The notes under the pieces are model-generated. The model had not been told where the DNA came from. It saw only the letters and a list, made by a program, of their open reading frames with translations, and did not search any database. From the NCBI RefSeq assembly GCF_964194025.1, contig NC_134473.1, positions 55,738,001 through 55,802,000 of the forward strand: a DNA stretch of 64,000 bases, in the 5' to 3' direction. Below, in pieces: positions 1 through 13,775 of this stretch. Position numbers and translations under genes: made by a program. The stretch's first letter is position 1. Every line of letters begins with the position of its first letter. The stretch comes from Convolutriloba macropyga (lineage: Eukaryota).

Positions 1-1325
1 CAGATCCAGATTTTCCAGATATAGGAAGAGTAGTCGAATAAAAAGATCGTTAAAAAATATCGGATCATAGTGTCCGGAGGAAATATTGGTGCGTCCCAAT
101 ACAAAGATAAGAAAATTTGTAAGTACTGCCCATTAAACTGATCAATGATGCATATTTGGTCCTGCATCGCTTTTGGTTTTGCGGGTGCGATAGGGCAGCG
201 AAGCAACTCCAGATTATTTTCCACTTCGCTGCAAAAACCCTCAGAATTTCCGAGGCCGATGAAATTTCTGAGCAGAAAATTACATCACATGAAAAGAATG
301 AAAAGTGAGGCAAAAAGTCATCAACAAAACTTTAAAGCTTCAAAGAACAGATTTTTTAGCTGAGTTTTTGATGATAATAGTGCCTGAATTATTAGCTATC
401 AAAGTCAGTAAATGAAGTTTTTGCACTCTATAAGCGGGAAGTAGTTATTTTTTAACCAAATTTTATATTTTAAAGGTTCAATTAAAGTTGACCAGAGGGG
501 AAATGTGATTCAGTACCAAATTTTCTAATTTATTTCAGTTTTGTTAAATCAATTTGATCATGTCTGTTTAGACATTCATGCATACATAATACAAGTAAAG
601 TTTTAAATAATAGATAACGAGTAATTATTTCCAGCTTTTTTAAAATAAAATTTTTGTAAACTGCAATAGTTTGATGGAAAAAAACACTCTTCATGTTTTT
701 AAAACGGCTGTAGGGCGCGAAAAGCAACTTCCCTCTGTTTAAATTTTTTTAGTCCTTTAAATGACTTTGAAAAAAGTACACCAAAACAATGTTTTTAAAA
801 AAATTTATTTGTTCTCATCCATAATTTTATCAAAAAAATAAAACCACTATTCGCTCCTTTAGAATCAGAGTTGCGTAGATAAAACATTTTTTCGACTTTT
901 TAGGGAGTCTTAGCCTGCACAACTACTGTGAAAAACGATGAGTACAGCTTTTTGTGCCAATTTTTAGAACTGTTCTTAAACTCTCGAACCTAACAAGTAA
1001 TAATAATCTAAAGCCACTACAATTGGCAAATATTCTATTCAAACCAGCATCTCAAAAAATGGCAAAAACAGAATTTTTAGAGCTGTTAAAATCAAAACGT
1101 GAAATGGTTTGATATGTTTTTCTCATTGTTTAGTGGAGCCGTATAAACATTTCCAGTTCCATACGAAATGGGAGTGCTCAAAAAACAGTAGGATTTCAAT
1201 TCATTTTATGAAACTCATCACCAAATCAACAAGACAAGGTAGCAAAAAAATAATTACGATTGTACCACCTTATTATCTGGCAGATCTGTTCGAGATCAAT
1301 AGAAACTCCAATAGAGATTCGTCTA

Positions 1326-2212
1326 CCCAGGTTAAGATACAGACCCAAGCCACCTCTGCTGAGACCGACTTAGGTCGTACATGGGGCATATAGTGCAACC
1401 AAGATCACAGTTTCTGGAAATTGTTATGTTTGCACGATAATCTGGACAAGGATCGCTCAAAAATCTGATCAGAGCCCAAAGTCAGGACACAGTTAAGACA
1501 ATTGTTGCACGATAGTCTGAACAGAGCCCAAAGTCTGGCTTTAGTCTGGACAATGGTTGCACAAAAGTCTGAACAAGGATCGCACGAACATCATTACAGA
1601 GAGCAAAGACTGGGCATAATGGTCTCCACAATGGTCGCACAGAAGTTTGATGAAGTCTGGACATAAGTTGCTCCTAAATCTGATCCTTGAGTCAATTGAC
1701 CATTTTTAATTGACTGTTTTGGCAACTCAAGGAAGAATTACAGGCACTTCAACGAAATTTTTGTTTTTAATCTCATCAATTAGTTTGGAACTAATCTTAA
1801 CACCATATACTATGTAATTCAAATTCAATTTAAGTACTATAGATTGAAATCTCATAATTTATACAATGACCAATTCATCTTAACATGTAGCGGAGATGGT
1901 CTGACCAGTGGACAAAGTCTGGACGATGATCTGATCAGAGGGAGCTTGCCATAATCGCACAAAACCTTGGTCATAATAAAGTCGCACAACAAATTTGGAT
2001 CGAACGAAATTCGCACGAAAGAATTGGTTACACAAAAGTCTGATCAGAGGTTGCTTTAATCTGGCATTGTCTGATCAGAGGGGCTACTGTTGCACTTTTC
2101 CGTGGGTCGCATAGAAATCTGATCAGAGTTCCTTTTCGTCTGGCACGGTTTTACCATAGACCAAAGTCTGACATAATTTGATTGGAGGTCGGGTCTGGGA
2201 CCTTAACCTGTG
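1326..2212. mobile_element. Non-autonomous CMC/EnSpm-type DNA transposon (MITE-like)
   Basis: Imperfect terminal inverted repeats (TIRs): CCCAGGTTAAGATACAGACCC on the left; the right end reverse-complements to CACAGGTTAAGGTCCCAGACCC. TA flanks both ends (2-bp target-site duplication, TSD). Many short internal repeats (AAGTCTG, TCTGATCAGAG, GTCGCAC). No ORF. Confidence 0.75.
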
Positions 2213-2995
2213 TATAGTTATTCTTTCTTCATTATTTAGACGAAATTACAGCCTTTTTACCAAATTATGTGGCAAATAATTCAAAGAGGAAACTAAAATT
2301 TTTGTCTCCACGGAAGAGTGTACTTTTAACTTAAGTTCAATTTGTGTTCATTCTTTACAAATTTTGTTTCAAAAGTGGTAAAAAAGGGAAATAGTGGATG
2401 GTTTAGGTATCATTGCGTTTATGCCAACTATTGATTAGCTGGATGATAGAATAGTCCCAGACTACATCGGCACTGGTTTGATGAATTTTAAGTTCCGAAT
2501 GCAACCGAGCCACGCTGCAATCATAATTGTCTTCTTTGATCAGTTCATAATGATTTGGAATCATTATGAACAGAATTAAATTTAAATTTATGTTTTATGC
2601 GAAATTAAGTTTTACATCTGTTAAGACAAACAGCTCTAAAATTGAAAAAAATATATGCCATCAAGCTGTATCTCTCTACGAGGAGTACAAAAGAGGTTTA
2701 AACAAAAGAATTTGCACTCGAAAATGGGATAGAGATAATGCCTGAGGAAAATGGTTTCGAAGCCCTTCCGCTTAAACAAAACGGATATAAATATTGATTG
2801 AACAGATTATCGTTATTGTTTAATTAAAAACATTTTCCAGAGTAGTTTAGTCGAGCAGCTGCCAAACATATACTCTCTTTGAAAACTAAGTTTGTATAAT
2901 TGAGAAATGGCATAATTAGAAAAACTGCTTGACACATACAGCATGATGTCTTGTTCTTGTCAGGGGTGTTTAGGCAGGCGCAGCTACTTTCAAAA

Positions 2996-3074
2996 GGAAC
3001 CAAAACTCGATCCGAACCAGCTTCTGTTACTTTACAGTCACTCTAGAGTGCTAACAATTACAACAATTTGAACC
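2996..3074 (-). pseudogene. Degenerate tRNA-derived sequence (tRNA-Gln-like 5' half; SINE head or pseudogene)
   Basis: Minus strand GGTTCAAATTGTTGTAATTGTTAGCACTCTAG...GGTTCGGATCG...GGTTCC resembles tRNA A and B boxes. The cloverleaf is not intact. Confidence 0.4.
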
Positions 3075-3099
3075 ACGATGTGCTCGCAAAAAGCCATTT

Positions 3100-3192
3100 T
3101 TTAAGGATTGCAGGATCCTATCAAGAATTATGGATTGCAGGATTTTTAAGGATTGCAGGATCTTATCTACAGTACTTCCTATCAAGAATTAT
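3100..3192. repeat. Short local duplications
   Basis: GGATTGCAGGAT occurs three times and TCCTATCAAGAATTAT twice. Confidence 0.7.
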
Positions 3193-4019
3193 AGGAAGTA
3201 TTGTAGTTAGTATTCAATGCAAAACACCGAAATGATTGAAATTATTCACCTCATTTACTTCGCATTTCTTGCTTTTCTTAAGCGGTTAATAGCGTTTGAC
3301 AGTTTGACCAGAGAGTCGGAACAAACTTTTGCTGGGCAGAGCAAAATATTGAGAATAAAAAATATTATGGAGCATTGATCAGACCGGTCAGTACAGAGGG
3401 GATGGGGGGGGTCGGGGTGACAGTGGAGGTTCAAATTGTAGCTGTGTAAAAACCCAATAATCAGACTACCGGAATGTTAATTCATATAAGCACTCTATAT
3501 CATAACGCTGAGGCAACTGTATTCAAAACGTACAATCTATTTTGTCCAACTATACTCGCTTTACATCAAGGCATAAACATTATATCGAAACTTTACGGCA
3601 TCTGTTTCCTAGCATCATCACGGCGATAAGCATCGTTTACTTACAGGCAAATCTAGCTTGATCTTTTTAGCAGGTATTTGTCTGAGTTGATTTTCGGCTC
3701 AGATCGGTCACCAATACGTTTTCGAAACATAAAAATATTAAGCCTAAAAGGAGCGCACTCGATTCAGTATATTAGTAGGCTCGACGAAAATAATGTTAAA
3801 CGAACTTTTTCGGAGCTTTCTACGTATATTAGAAGAGAATTTGTGTGCATTTAAATGGTTAAGAAATATGACGTATTAGATTGCTCATTTCTTGCTCTAT
3901 TCAAATATCGTTGCTCATTTACTCGGTAACACAAATTTTTAAGACTAAGAACCGCCCTTAATACCTCGAAATTGTCTCCAAACAGTTTCTGTGAATCGCA
4001 TACTTGGAGACTAGTGAGC

Positions 4020-4185
4020 TGAAGGGCTCTAGCACTCAATTCCCTCCGGGTGCTACCTATTTATACCGTTTTTGAGGAAGAAAAGCCAAATGGGTTAAAC
4101 AGAAAATCGGTCACGCAACAAGTGGCATAAAAAACACCACATGACTAATATAATTGCGGCAAACTTCGTTCGAGGGCAACTAATC
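4020..4185 (+). repeat. Dispersed repeat, homologous to 12290-12448
   Basis: Shared blocks GCTACCT...GAAAAG.CAAA...AAATCGGTCA...GCATAAAAAA...GACTAATATAATTGC..CAAAC.TCGTT.GAG.GCAA.TAA. Confidence 0.6.
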
Positions 4186-4640
4186 ATTTGAACAACTTAA
4201 GAATTATCTTTGTTAACTGATGTGGTTATATTTAACTCTATGTTTAGTTTGCACTATTTCGTTTGGGACTGTTTTTCCTGTTCAACGATCAGACGGTATC
4301 AGGAATCAACCGTTGACTCAAAAATAATTTCTCAAATGCCATGTATTGATGTATATTGATAACTTTGACAACCTCACAACTGTTCTGTATAGCTAGAAGA
4401 AAGAAAAAATTCAACTGTCCTCAACTTTCCGGGCAACGGTACATTCCGCATTTAAAACTCTTCAACCTCCGTTTTTGCTTTCTCACGTTATTACAAGGTG
4501 CGCTAAATAGCTGCTACGACTGGCAAAACGACCAGACAGCGGGTTTGAGTCAGCTTTCGGCAACTGGAAAGGTTCCTGCCTTACACTGATACCGGTTTTA
4601 AGAGGACTCACAACTAAAAAAATGCGAAAAGGGAAAAGTT

Positions 4641-4709
4641 ATGGATTCGAGCCACCATCCTTTACTTTGAAGTGGCTAACTAGCGTGCTAACCATTACAA
4701 TAATTGCAC
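4641..4709 (-). pseudogene. tRNA-derived SINE-like head
   Basis: Minus strand has TGTAATGGTTAGCAC (A-box-like) and GGTGGCTCGAATCC (B-box-like). No acceptor stem. Confidence 0.45.
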
Positions 4710-5307
4710 TTAAGCCCTTGAACTTGGGCATTTTCTAAAACCCATTCTCTTATTCTTTTTTGATTCTCAAGATGTCATCTTTGTAACCAAGTAGAACACG
4801 TAGAGCTTCTTGTCAGGCTATGTCCAACTTGTCTTATGGACAATTTACGTTACATTTTTCTCTCAAATTTCTGACAAAAACCAAAAATATTGTCATCAAA
4901 TAGCTGCATTTTCTTGCTTTCTTCTTCAATGACCCACTTTTATTTTGTTATGTGACAAGAAGGAAAAAAGAGGGTTTTGGGACGAAATTAGCTCAGCAAG
5001 ACATTGAGTCAATCGAAAAGTTGTTTTGTGTGATGATTTTGATGTCTTCTTAACAAAAATGGCGATGATGTAAAATTTTCAAAACTTCGTTGCAAGATTC
5101 TAAAGATCCGTCCTTTCAAGAACCTCACAAGATCTTATAAGTAGGCGTTCGACTAGGGTTTAATCCATAGTTTCAATGATACACTTTTCCAAAAGTTTAT
5201 AGTGAAGCGACTTCATTTGATAGCTGGAGCTGTCAAGAGCTGGACTTCCGCAAAGAAATTACAATTTTCTGTTTCGAAATTTACACCACCTTTTTTCTAC
5301 TTTTCAG

Positions 5308-5396
5308 CTGAAAATATTGACGAAAATAATCAATTAGCTCGAGATGAGTACACAAATAACTGCAGCAGTCATCCAGTAATCCAAATTTACAATTGA
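5308..5396 (+). CDS. Possible terminal coding exon of a convergent plus-strand gene (…ENIDENNQLARDEYTNNCSSHPVIQIYN*)
   Basis: Strong acceptor TTTTTTCTACTTTTCAG at 5291-5307, open frame to TGA, AATAAA downstream (~5466, ~5603). Upstream exons were not identified. Confidence 0.3.
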
Positions 5397-5965
5397 AGAA
5401 AATTAATTAATCATCAAATTAATCTCATTAAACCATTTTAATCTTTAAGCAGAATCGACACATTGAATAAATCATTTGCACAAACCGATGACATATTACA
5501 TTAATTTACTGCATTTCAGGACGTTGAATTTCAACCAAAATGCTGGAAACGGAAATTCAACTAGATGATTCCATTAAATCATTATCAACTTCATTTTTTG
5601 AGAAATAAACAAAATGTGAAACGCACAATGCTTCTGGGTTATGCTGTAAGGCCACTCAACGTGTATAAATATACTAATAATTAGCATACAATTTACTTTA
5701 TACTATTCAAAAAGTTACAAAAGTCAGTTTTTGCATTTTTAACCGTCAGCATCAATATATTTAAATTTAATCATCATTAAGTGCTTCGGTGAAAAATAAT
5801 CGATTACAGATCTGTGGGTGAAAAAATAAAATTATTTACAAATTAAACTTTTTTCACAATTTGATTACAAATTTCATCGATGAGGTAATGTAGAAACTAT
5901 CAGGCGTGTGAACAATTTTCACAAAAATTGTGAACAGAACGATGATCACAGATGACAGTTTATCG

Positions 5966-6211
5966 TCATCTGCGGTCTAAATTTTGGCTTCGTCGGCGGG
6001 CGTCTTGAGCTCTGAAAGCGGCAGTGGTTGTTAAAGGGCGTGGTTTTTTGGGCGTTTTCATCTGGTTTTTCTTCAGTTTTCCCGGAACGACGGGGTAATT
6101 GTCCGTGGGGTCGTTTTGGGACGAGGCGGGATTATTGTAATTTGAAGCTTGATCATAATTGTCCTCATAATCGTCTATAAATCCTTCTTCTTCTGGGTCG
6201 AAAAAGGTGTC
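5966..6211 (-). CDS. Terminal coding exon of the large minus-strand gene (DTFFDPEEEGFIDDYEDNY…RRSQNLDRR*)
   Basis: Acceptor CTTTTATTTCCAG|GAC, phase 0. GC-richer coding-like island, acidic then basic low-complexity peptide, TGA stop. Confidence 0.75.
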   Translation of the reverse strand, partial: DTFFDPEEEGFIDDYEDNYDQASNYNNPASSQNDPTDNYPVVPGKLKKNQMKTPKKPRPLTTTAAFRAQDARRRSQNLDRR

Positions 6212-8489
6212 CTGGAAATAAAAGTTGGTTAATGTAAGTTTAAGAAAGTGAGCTCGAGTTAAGCAAAACTTAAATTTATGCTCAAACGCAAAAGATTGCG
6301 TTTTCACACAAAAAAGTTTGGGAAATTTTTACAAAGACAACAAACACAAAAAAATTTTTAGATAATAATAATTTGCTTCAGGAGTGAAATCAACAATAAA
6401 AATACATTTTTCAATTCAAAAATTTTAGACCATTAATGGCTCAAGCTGCTCTACGGCGATTACACAGAAAACAAAAGCTATAATTTGTTTCTATTTTAAA
6501 ATTTCATAAAATAAAACATCATGAATAACAAAAATGGGTTCTTAATTGTTAACCAAGTAAATTACATTACCAATTGATCTTAAATTATATTTTATACAAT
6601 TTTTTGGCAGAAAAGAGAACTTGAAGATGACATAGCATCGAGAGAATATCTAAGATTAACTAACTTGCTGCCATATTTGAAAAATTTTGCAATTATTTTA
6701 TTTAATATTTATTTAATTTATTTTAATTATTTAATTATTCTTTTATTCTTTTATTTAATTATCACAACAATGCCATTTCACGTGCGCTGTCTCCAAACAA
6801 TCATTGGGGAAAATGATAGCAATGGCCGGAACATAGCATGATAATACTATTTATTATATCTGATATGTATATTTGCAATCAGCATCTAATTTTCCACTAT
6901 TAATCTAAAAATTTGCAGAAAAACGTGTTAAATTCGGTTGAAACTAACCTAGAGCAAAAAACCCAAAAAGTGGCCGCAGGAGGATTGTCAAATTGAGTTA
7001 GAACATAAAATTACACAGAAAATTATTTCAAAAGAAACATCGATGTTTCATCTTTATGAGATGAGTATCGATCAAAACAAGAAAAGAAAACTGCTCAAAG
7101 CATTTGAGTAGAGAATGAAAAAAAACATAACCACACAACTAAATAAACAATACAACATAATAAAAAATACAGAAGATTGACAGAACTAAAACAGAGCTTT
7201 AATGCAAAGTCCTTGTTTTCTATCTCAATAAAAAACGTTCGGATAATTTTTTGTATGAAAAGTTTACCTTTTTCTTACTATTTGTATGAAACCTTGAAAC
7301 CTAATTTAAGAAAAGCGGAAGAAACAGCGAATTAGTATTTCTTAACTGTAACAGAATTTCTTAAACAGAAAAAAATTAGAAAAAGTATAGATCTTAAGAT
7401 ATTAAATTGACAAACTATATGTATTTGTAAAATAAATTAGAAAGAAAAAAAGATAAACTGCTAGTAAAACTCTTTATTGATAAAAGCTCAATTAATTTAA
7501 TCTGAAAACTTGAAATCAGTGTAGCAAATTGTTGCTCTAAAAATTTCTGTAAAAAGGGGAGCTCTAATCAATACTGATAGCAGCTGTTGAACCGAAGAAC
7601 TCGAAGAATCAAATAAACAAAACGTTTTAGATATCACAAAAATTCAGAAGTTGCATTAAATATCATCCGCATTTTCAAAAAGTGTTTACTTCTAAGCTTT
7701 TAGTTTTTGTAAACAATTTTTGCTGCCATTTTCGTTACATAGGCGTACGAAGAATAATATTTGTTTCCGGGTGTGATAAAAATGCCCAAAGGTAGAAAAC
7801 GAAAAACGGATGGGAAATCTGAGTTCTCGCATGTAATTAAAATAGTAAAAGTGATTTTGCTAATCTCTTTAAAAAGATTGATACCAACTGGAAGATACCC
7901 GTAATATTTAGCCAATTTTGAATTAGTTTGCTCGAGATTTTTGATCACAAAATGTAGATTTTACTTGCCGAATCATGAAAGTAATGTCCACAATTTAATT
8001 AAGTGATGTCATAAAAGCAAAAGAAATCAGAGGAGAATTGTGACTCAAGCAGACCGAAATTCTATGAATCAGGGGACCATCAAATGGTGTCAGAGATTTT
8101 AATTTTTTAAATCAAATTGACAAAAAATCCCGGTACTTAAAATATTTAAAGTGTTTGAAACAATTGAAGGCGTAATCATTTTTATGTTAACAATATTTCA
8201 TCATATTAGATAAGCCTATCATGTTTTAGGAAAACATTACAAAAACTTAGTGGTACTATCTACTTTTTCTAATTGGCTTATTGAACACACCATTCATGAG
8301 TTGATTAAACTGGTGTCAGGACAAAATATCCAATGCCAGCATACCCAATATGACAAAATGCTCAAAATATACCCAATATTTTATCATAAAGTTGAAATTA
8401 TAAGATCAGTTTTTAGGATAATATTTAGCTAGTGCATTTAGTCATGCCTCGTGGGTCATGGTCATGCCTAAGCGGCCTGTGTGGCTAGA

Positions 8490-8640
8490 TTTAAAACTAT
8501 CAAAACCAAACATGGGATTAAATTATCCGCTTAAGTATGATAAAACATACCGACTGAAATACCGAGTGCTAATTTGTAAACGGATTATTGAACGAAAATA
8601 TCAAAGGGAATAAATTGGGTATAATGGCATTGGGCATAAT
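8490..8640 (+). repeat. Old dispersed repeat, homologous to ~16165-16310
   Basis: Both copies share CTATCAAAA..A.ACATG…TATCCGCTTA…ATGATAAAACAT…TTTGTAA.CGG…AATTGGGTATAAT.GCAT. Confidence 0.6.
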
Positions 8641-10617
8641 GACATATTGAGTTTTTTAGCATTGAGTATATCGTCATGTGACTGATTAAACGCGTGGAAA
8701 TTACTTAATTTAATCACTTACAAATTGACCAATCATAGAAACTAATATAATGTTCGCAAAATGGAAAAATTATTTAACAATGACATCTAAGTATCTAAGT
8801 TATACTTGATGAACTTTTGAGTCTGATATTTTATTTATGGGAACATCTGATCTTTTAATAGAATACAAATATATGATGATGTTGATGCAGAAACAAAAAA
8901 TGTTCCTTGGACAGTTTTTCTTTTCGTCATTTACAACTTCTGTTCGGTAAGATTCAAGCAATAAAGAGCTCATTATGATTCACAGAAGCAAACATTTGCT
9001 GAAAATCGATTCAGTCAATTTTCTTAATTGTTGCCTGATTGAGCATTTCTGTCGTTACAGGCCGTTGCCAGGTATGAACTTCCAAATTTAAGGACATCGC
9101 ATTTTACTTAACACAGTGGCTTTCAATAATCCCCATAATTGCTATAACCCCATATCGGGCTGATTTTTCCGACATAACGCATAAGTGCAATATTCACATT
9201 TCCCTTATATGGTTAAAAATTAATCAAAGACGACAGAAAGTAAAGCGCAAGGCAAACTCGTTTTGAAACTACCCCATGCATAAATATTATAAAATGGATT
9301 TAGTTTACAAATCCGAGTAAATCATCACTCGCCTCTTTAATATGCCAATTCATACCTAGCAACAGCTTGCTGTAGTTGTGCTTCAAAAAGCACCCAAACC
9401 TTTTTTTCAATTATTTGAAATGAAGTAATAATTTATAATTAAGTTTTCAGTGCGAAAAAAAACAAACATTCAAGAGTAAAGGTTAGCACCGTACTGAGTG
9501 GATGCTAGGAGGTAGCACTCACGTTTACGCACCGTTTCAGAACTGTTCAAAAATATACATTTTTTATTCTTGTTCATGACGCGAATTTCTTTTTGCCATT
9601 ATCGGCGTGCAATGTCATTAATGAGCATTGACCGATATATGTAAATATACCACCACATGACGCTAGGGAGAGAACACGTGACTAAATTGGGGAAAACTGT
9701 ATAGGCAATAAGCATACTATATTGACGGTTGACTGACAACGATTATTGGTTTCCGATCAGAAAGAGGTGATTAATATCGTATTCATTGTTTAAGAACACG
9801 GGTTTTGCTAATTCTATAGGTTTTTCATGAATTGTGACGTAATTGGGGTCTGAAATCTAACTCAGTTCTAATTTATTGCAATTCAATTACAACGCATTCA
9901 CTTTCTAGATATAAAATGCCAGCCTGAGAGAAAGGGTATGAAAATAGTTCTTCTGTCGCTTTGTGTATATCATTTTTAGTAGATTTGCTTTGATGTTTTG
10001 CGAAAGCCTTTGATTGGTCAGACATGTTTTCCCTCAAAAACATCTCATAACACAATTATGTGGGATAAAATTAACTTAAACTTTAAGAAAATACATATTT
10101 TGTTTCGAAAACAGGTGATCACAATACCTCTCCAGCGCAGAGTTGCAGAATTAAAATTTTTAACCAAAACAATTTTTCACTTGCTCGAATTAAAGGTCTA
10201 ATTTATTAGAGAACAGCCTTGCTTGTTCAAGTTAACCTTGAGAGAAAATATTTTCCTTATTTGTTTTGAGAGAAGCGCAAAACATCGAGGAAAAGTTGGG
10301 ACAGTATTGATTTCAAAACTTACATACGTACAACTTCCACAATTTGAGATCAGAAAAGGCGCCTTAAAAAATCGCAACCGATGATAAAATTAGAGGTAAA
10401 ATTTTTGAAAAATTTAAAAACCAGCACAAACAAAAAAGTCACAGTCTTTCTCTGTGCAAAATTAATGTTCAAAGTATATTGTTCAATTCATCAATTCAGG
10501 TACCATTTAATTGAACAACAGCCTAATATTTTTTAACTCAGGCGAAATAAAATTGAGGATAAAGTTTGCATGAGCCTTCCAAGTTTGCATGAACGTAGAT
10601 AAACAAAACCAACTAAC

Positions 10618-10668
10618 GTCGGGTGAATTGCTCTCAAACGACCGGCGAGTGGTTGGCTTTGTCAGCAG
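10618..10668 (-). CDS. Candidate 51-nt microexon (LLTKPTTRRSFESNSPD, phase 0-0); alternatively a pre-miRNA-like hairpin
   Basis: GCTAAAC branch-like motif, TAG acceptor, GTTAGT donor, (CT)n tracts upstream. Folds with its own donor region. Confidence 0.5.
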
Positions 10669-10788
10669 CTAGCCAAGGTTTAGCGAGGCTAGCTTGAGCT
10701 CAATTGAAAGGGCGTGATGTGAGGGTAACAGATAATGACATCACGCCACATAACAGCAGCTGAAGTGGGGCATCAACAAAAGGGTTAA

Positions 10789-10792
<4 letters not shown>

Positions 10793-10828
<36 letters not shown>

Positions 10829-10878
10829 TGTGCGAGAGATAAAACGTGAACGAAAAGAGAAGGAAAGAAAGCCCAACC

Positions 10879-10915
<37 letters not shown>
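10793..10915. repeat. Two (GA)n microsatellites
   Basis: Directly visible at ~10793-10824 and ~10882-10915. Confidence 0.95.
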
Positions 10916-10919
<4 letters not shown>

Positions 10920-11169
10920 GAATATTTTTCCATGATGAGATTCGACTCGGCAACTTCTAGCCTTGTTAGTAATTAAGTCATAAAGAAAAAAACCGAAAGA
11001 ACAAAATTCAAAATGAAAAGTTTCCACATTTTGCAGTAAAAAAATTTTCCAAACAACTTTTTGTCGCTGGAGTTTTGTCATTTAACCCATCAGCACGAAT
11101 TAAACAGTTTTGTTGGCCAGTAAGGATAGTTAAACTCAGAAAAGGACAAAAATAATTAAAAATTTTAAA

Positions 11170-12448
11170 AGCAATAGCAGGTTTTAGCAAAATCTCGCTA
11201 AAATTTGTAATATAAATATCTATTAGTTATAAAATAACTATTTCAATGTCTCAAGAGACTATCCAGTACCCTATTTCAAGCCTTAAAGAGTTTCACTGGC
11301 TTAAAAGGATCCATAAACTTGGATAATAATAATTTTTCGAAAATTTGAAAAAATTTAAACTTTATAAAAAATTGCTAAAACTCGAGTTATTAAAATATTG
11401 ATAACCATTCCATTAATTCTGAAAACTACGCAGCAGTTGTTTATCAATACTCGGAAGAGGTCCTGGGCCCCCGGTGCCAAAAAAAATGAAAAAAACCAAA
11501 AGTATTCAAAAAACTTAATTACTAACTTAACTTAATCATAACTTAATTTCAAAAATAGCTAATATTTTCTAAAAAAAATTGCTTAAATTCGTGAAATTGA
11601 AATCTTGAAAAAAGTTCTATTAAAATCAAAAACTATGCAGTAACATTTTATGAAACCCTAGAGGAGGTTGCTTCGAAGGCTAGAGAAACTTAAAAACTGA
11701 CAACAATTTTCGAAAAAATTAAAAAAAAGTTTCAACTTTTTTAAAAATAACTGCTAAAAATTGTGATATTAAAAAGTTGAAAACTATTCCATGCCAAGAA
11801 AATTTTTTCAGTAACTCACTATCAAACAGTTTATGTGGTTTTTTCATCCCTGAGGCAGAAAAAAACCTGAATAATGACACTAAAAATTTTGTAAAAATTC
11901 AATTACATATAGAAACTATACATTAACATATTATCAAACCCTAGAGGAGGTTCCTTGGCTCTTGAGGCTAGCGAAACCTAAAAAACGACAAAAACTTTCA
12001 AAAAAAGTCGAAAAAAAGTTGTGAAATTTGTATTAAGTTGCGTGTTTTTGTTTGGATAACCAAAACATAAAGCTCTTAAAAAGTACTTATGTCTTGCAAA
12101 AAAAACTTTATCAACTTTAGCCTTCCTCAATTTTAGACTGTTCCAACGAAAACTTATAAAATGACAAAAAAATTGAAAAATTGCAACATTATTGGCTCAA
12201 ACACTCCTAAAAACGACCTTTTAACCTTAAACTATGGCCTTCCCGCTAGCTTCATCACACTAAGCACTTGAAGGACTACTAAACGCGGCCAAGGGCCTCT
12301 AATGAAACTTAATGCCAGCTGGGCGCTACCTGTTGTAGGGACGAAAAGTCAAAAGCGTCAGACAAATCGGTCAACCGAAAAATTGCATAAAAAAGACCAA
12401 CAGGACTAATATAATTGCTACAAACATCGTTTGAGAGCAATTAAAAAT
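11170..12448 (+). mobile_element. Degenerate non-autonomous element with internal ~170-210-bp tandem units and a terminal hairpin (Helitron/HINE-like)
   Basis: Recurrent TTATCAAACCCTAGAGGAGGTT…GGCTAG.GAAAC.TAAAAA..GACAA.AA.TTTC units, ending in the TAATTGCT…AGCAATTA hairpin. The end motif recurs near 4150, 13320, 22380 and 26230. Confidence 0.45.
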
Positions 12449-12954
12449 TGAATTGGTAAGTACAAAGAAATTTTTTTTCAACGTTTCAGAGTAAAGGCAC
12501 TTTTTCATCAGAAAATATCTGTAAAATAGCTAAAAATCAGATTTAGAGTAAAATTTTTTTTAATTTGCGAAAATAGAAGTAATAATTTGAATAATAAACA
12601 AAAAAAAGACCAACTCTCACTATTAAAAGTAAAACAGTTTTCAACGGTTTTCAATCATATTAGAAAGCGCAAGTGTTAGTTAGAATTATCAGCTCTAGCG
12701 AGGAATCTCCAAAAAGTATAGTAATCATAAAAATCAATTAACTTTTCACTTAATTTTAGACAAATAACTTTCAAAGAATTTCTGACAAATTTTTCTCTGA
12801 AATCTCCTCAAAATTGTAGCATAAATAATAATATTAACTTGTAGTATAGGTGTGCATATTCATTTTTTTCTCAATAAAGCAAATTAACTTCTAGTGGAAA
12901 ATTTTCTCAATGATTCTAATTGTCGTTTGCAAATGTAATTCAGAAGACACCTAC

Positions 12955-12957
12955 CCT
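12955..12957 (-). CDS. Candidate 3-nt microexon (AGG, Arg)
   Basis: TTTACTTCTCTCTGGTCACAG|AGG|GTAGGT; frame-neutral. Confidence 0.25.
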
Positions 12958-13775
12958 CTGTGACCAGAGAGAAGTAAACATATTCATTAACGATATACAT
13001 GCTAAACTGCCTCTAATCAGTTTTTGACAACCATTTTGTTTCTTTTTAAGAACGATTCGCCATTCCTGATTCCGTTCAATTAGGTTAAAACTCTTTTTTT
13101 TTGAAATATTCACTATTCATATTAGTTTGTGACTATCAGCTGGACAAAGTTGAACACATCTTAAAATGTGCCTCTTGAGCAAAATTTTAAAAATCTTTTC
13201 CAGTTGTGTCATGATTTTTTTTTAAAATTCTGGTAACTAAACATAAACGACAAGGGCGCCAAAGAAGTCATATTTTCAAAAAGTCAAATCAGTCAAACAA
13301 AAATGACATACACTTCTTCATTAATTGCTACAAATTTCAGTTTAGAGCAAATAAAAAAAATTGGCTGTGAAAAGAAGCATCTTAAAATAAAGAATATCGA
13401 AAAAACTGTAAACTTTGAACTCTCAGTTTCAATAGGAAAAAAATTGTTGTATCGATTTCTACGACTATAACTTTGCCGTAGATAAACGATCAACGAAAAA
13501 TGAGAATCTGATCTTTCGTATTCCAATTTTTTGATGAATATAAGAAATAGCTCTATTAAAAACTTTTATATGTTATTTTTCAGCGTTACATTTTCGGAGG
13601 TTGTGGCAGAGTAAATCAGCGCTTGAATGAGTCTAGAGACATTATGTTTTTTAGGATGACCAGTACTCTGTCCATGACCCATTTTACACTGGCCAGTCTT
13701 GATTTTTGAGTAAAACTTAATGCATCAGAAACAATATGTTCAGCTTAACTCCCGCCAAAAAAGTTTGCTTTATAT

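Noticed and set aside
65-363. Short ORFs at the window start
   Set aside because: No recognisable motif or convincing splice pair.
10700-11081. Leu/Ser-rich ORFs
   Set aside because: Translations of (CT)n microsatellites.
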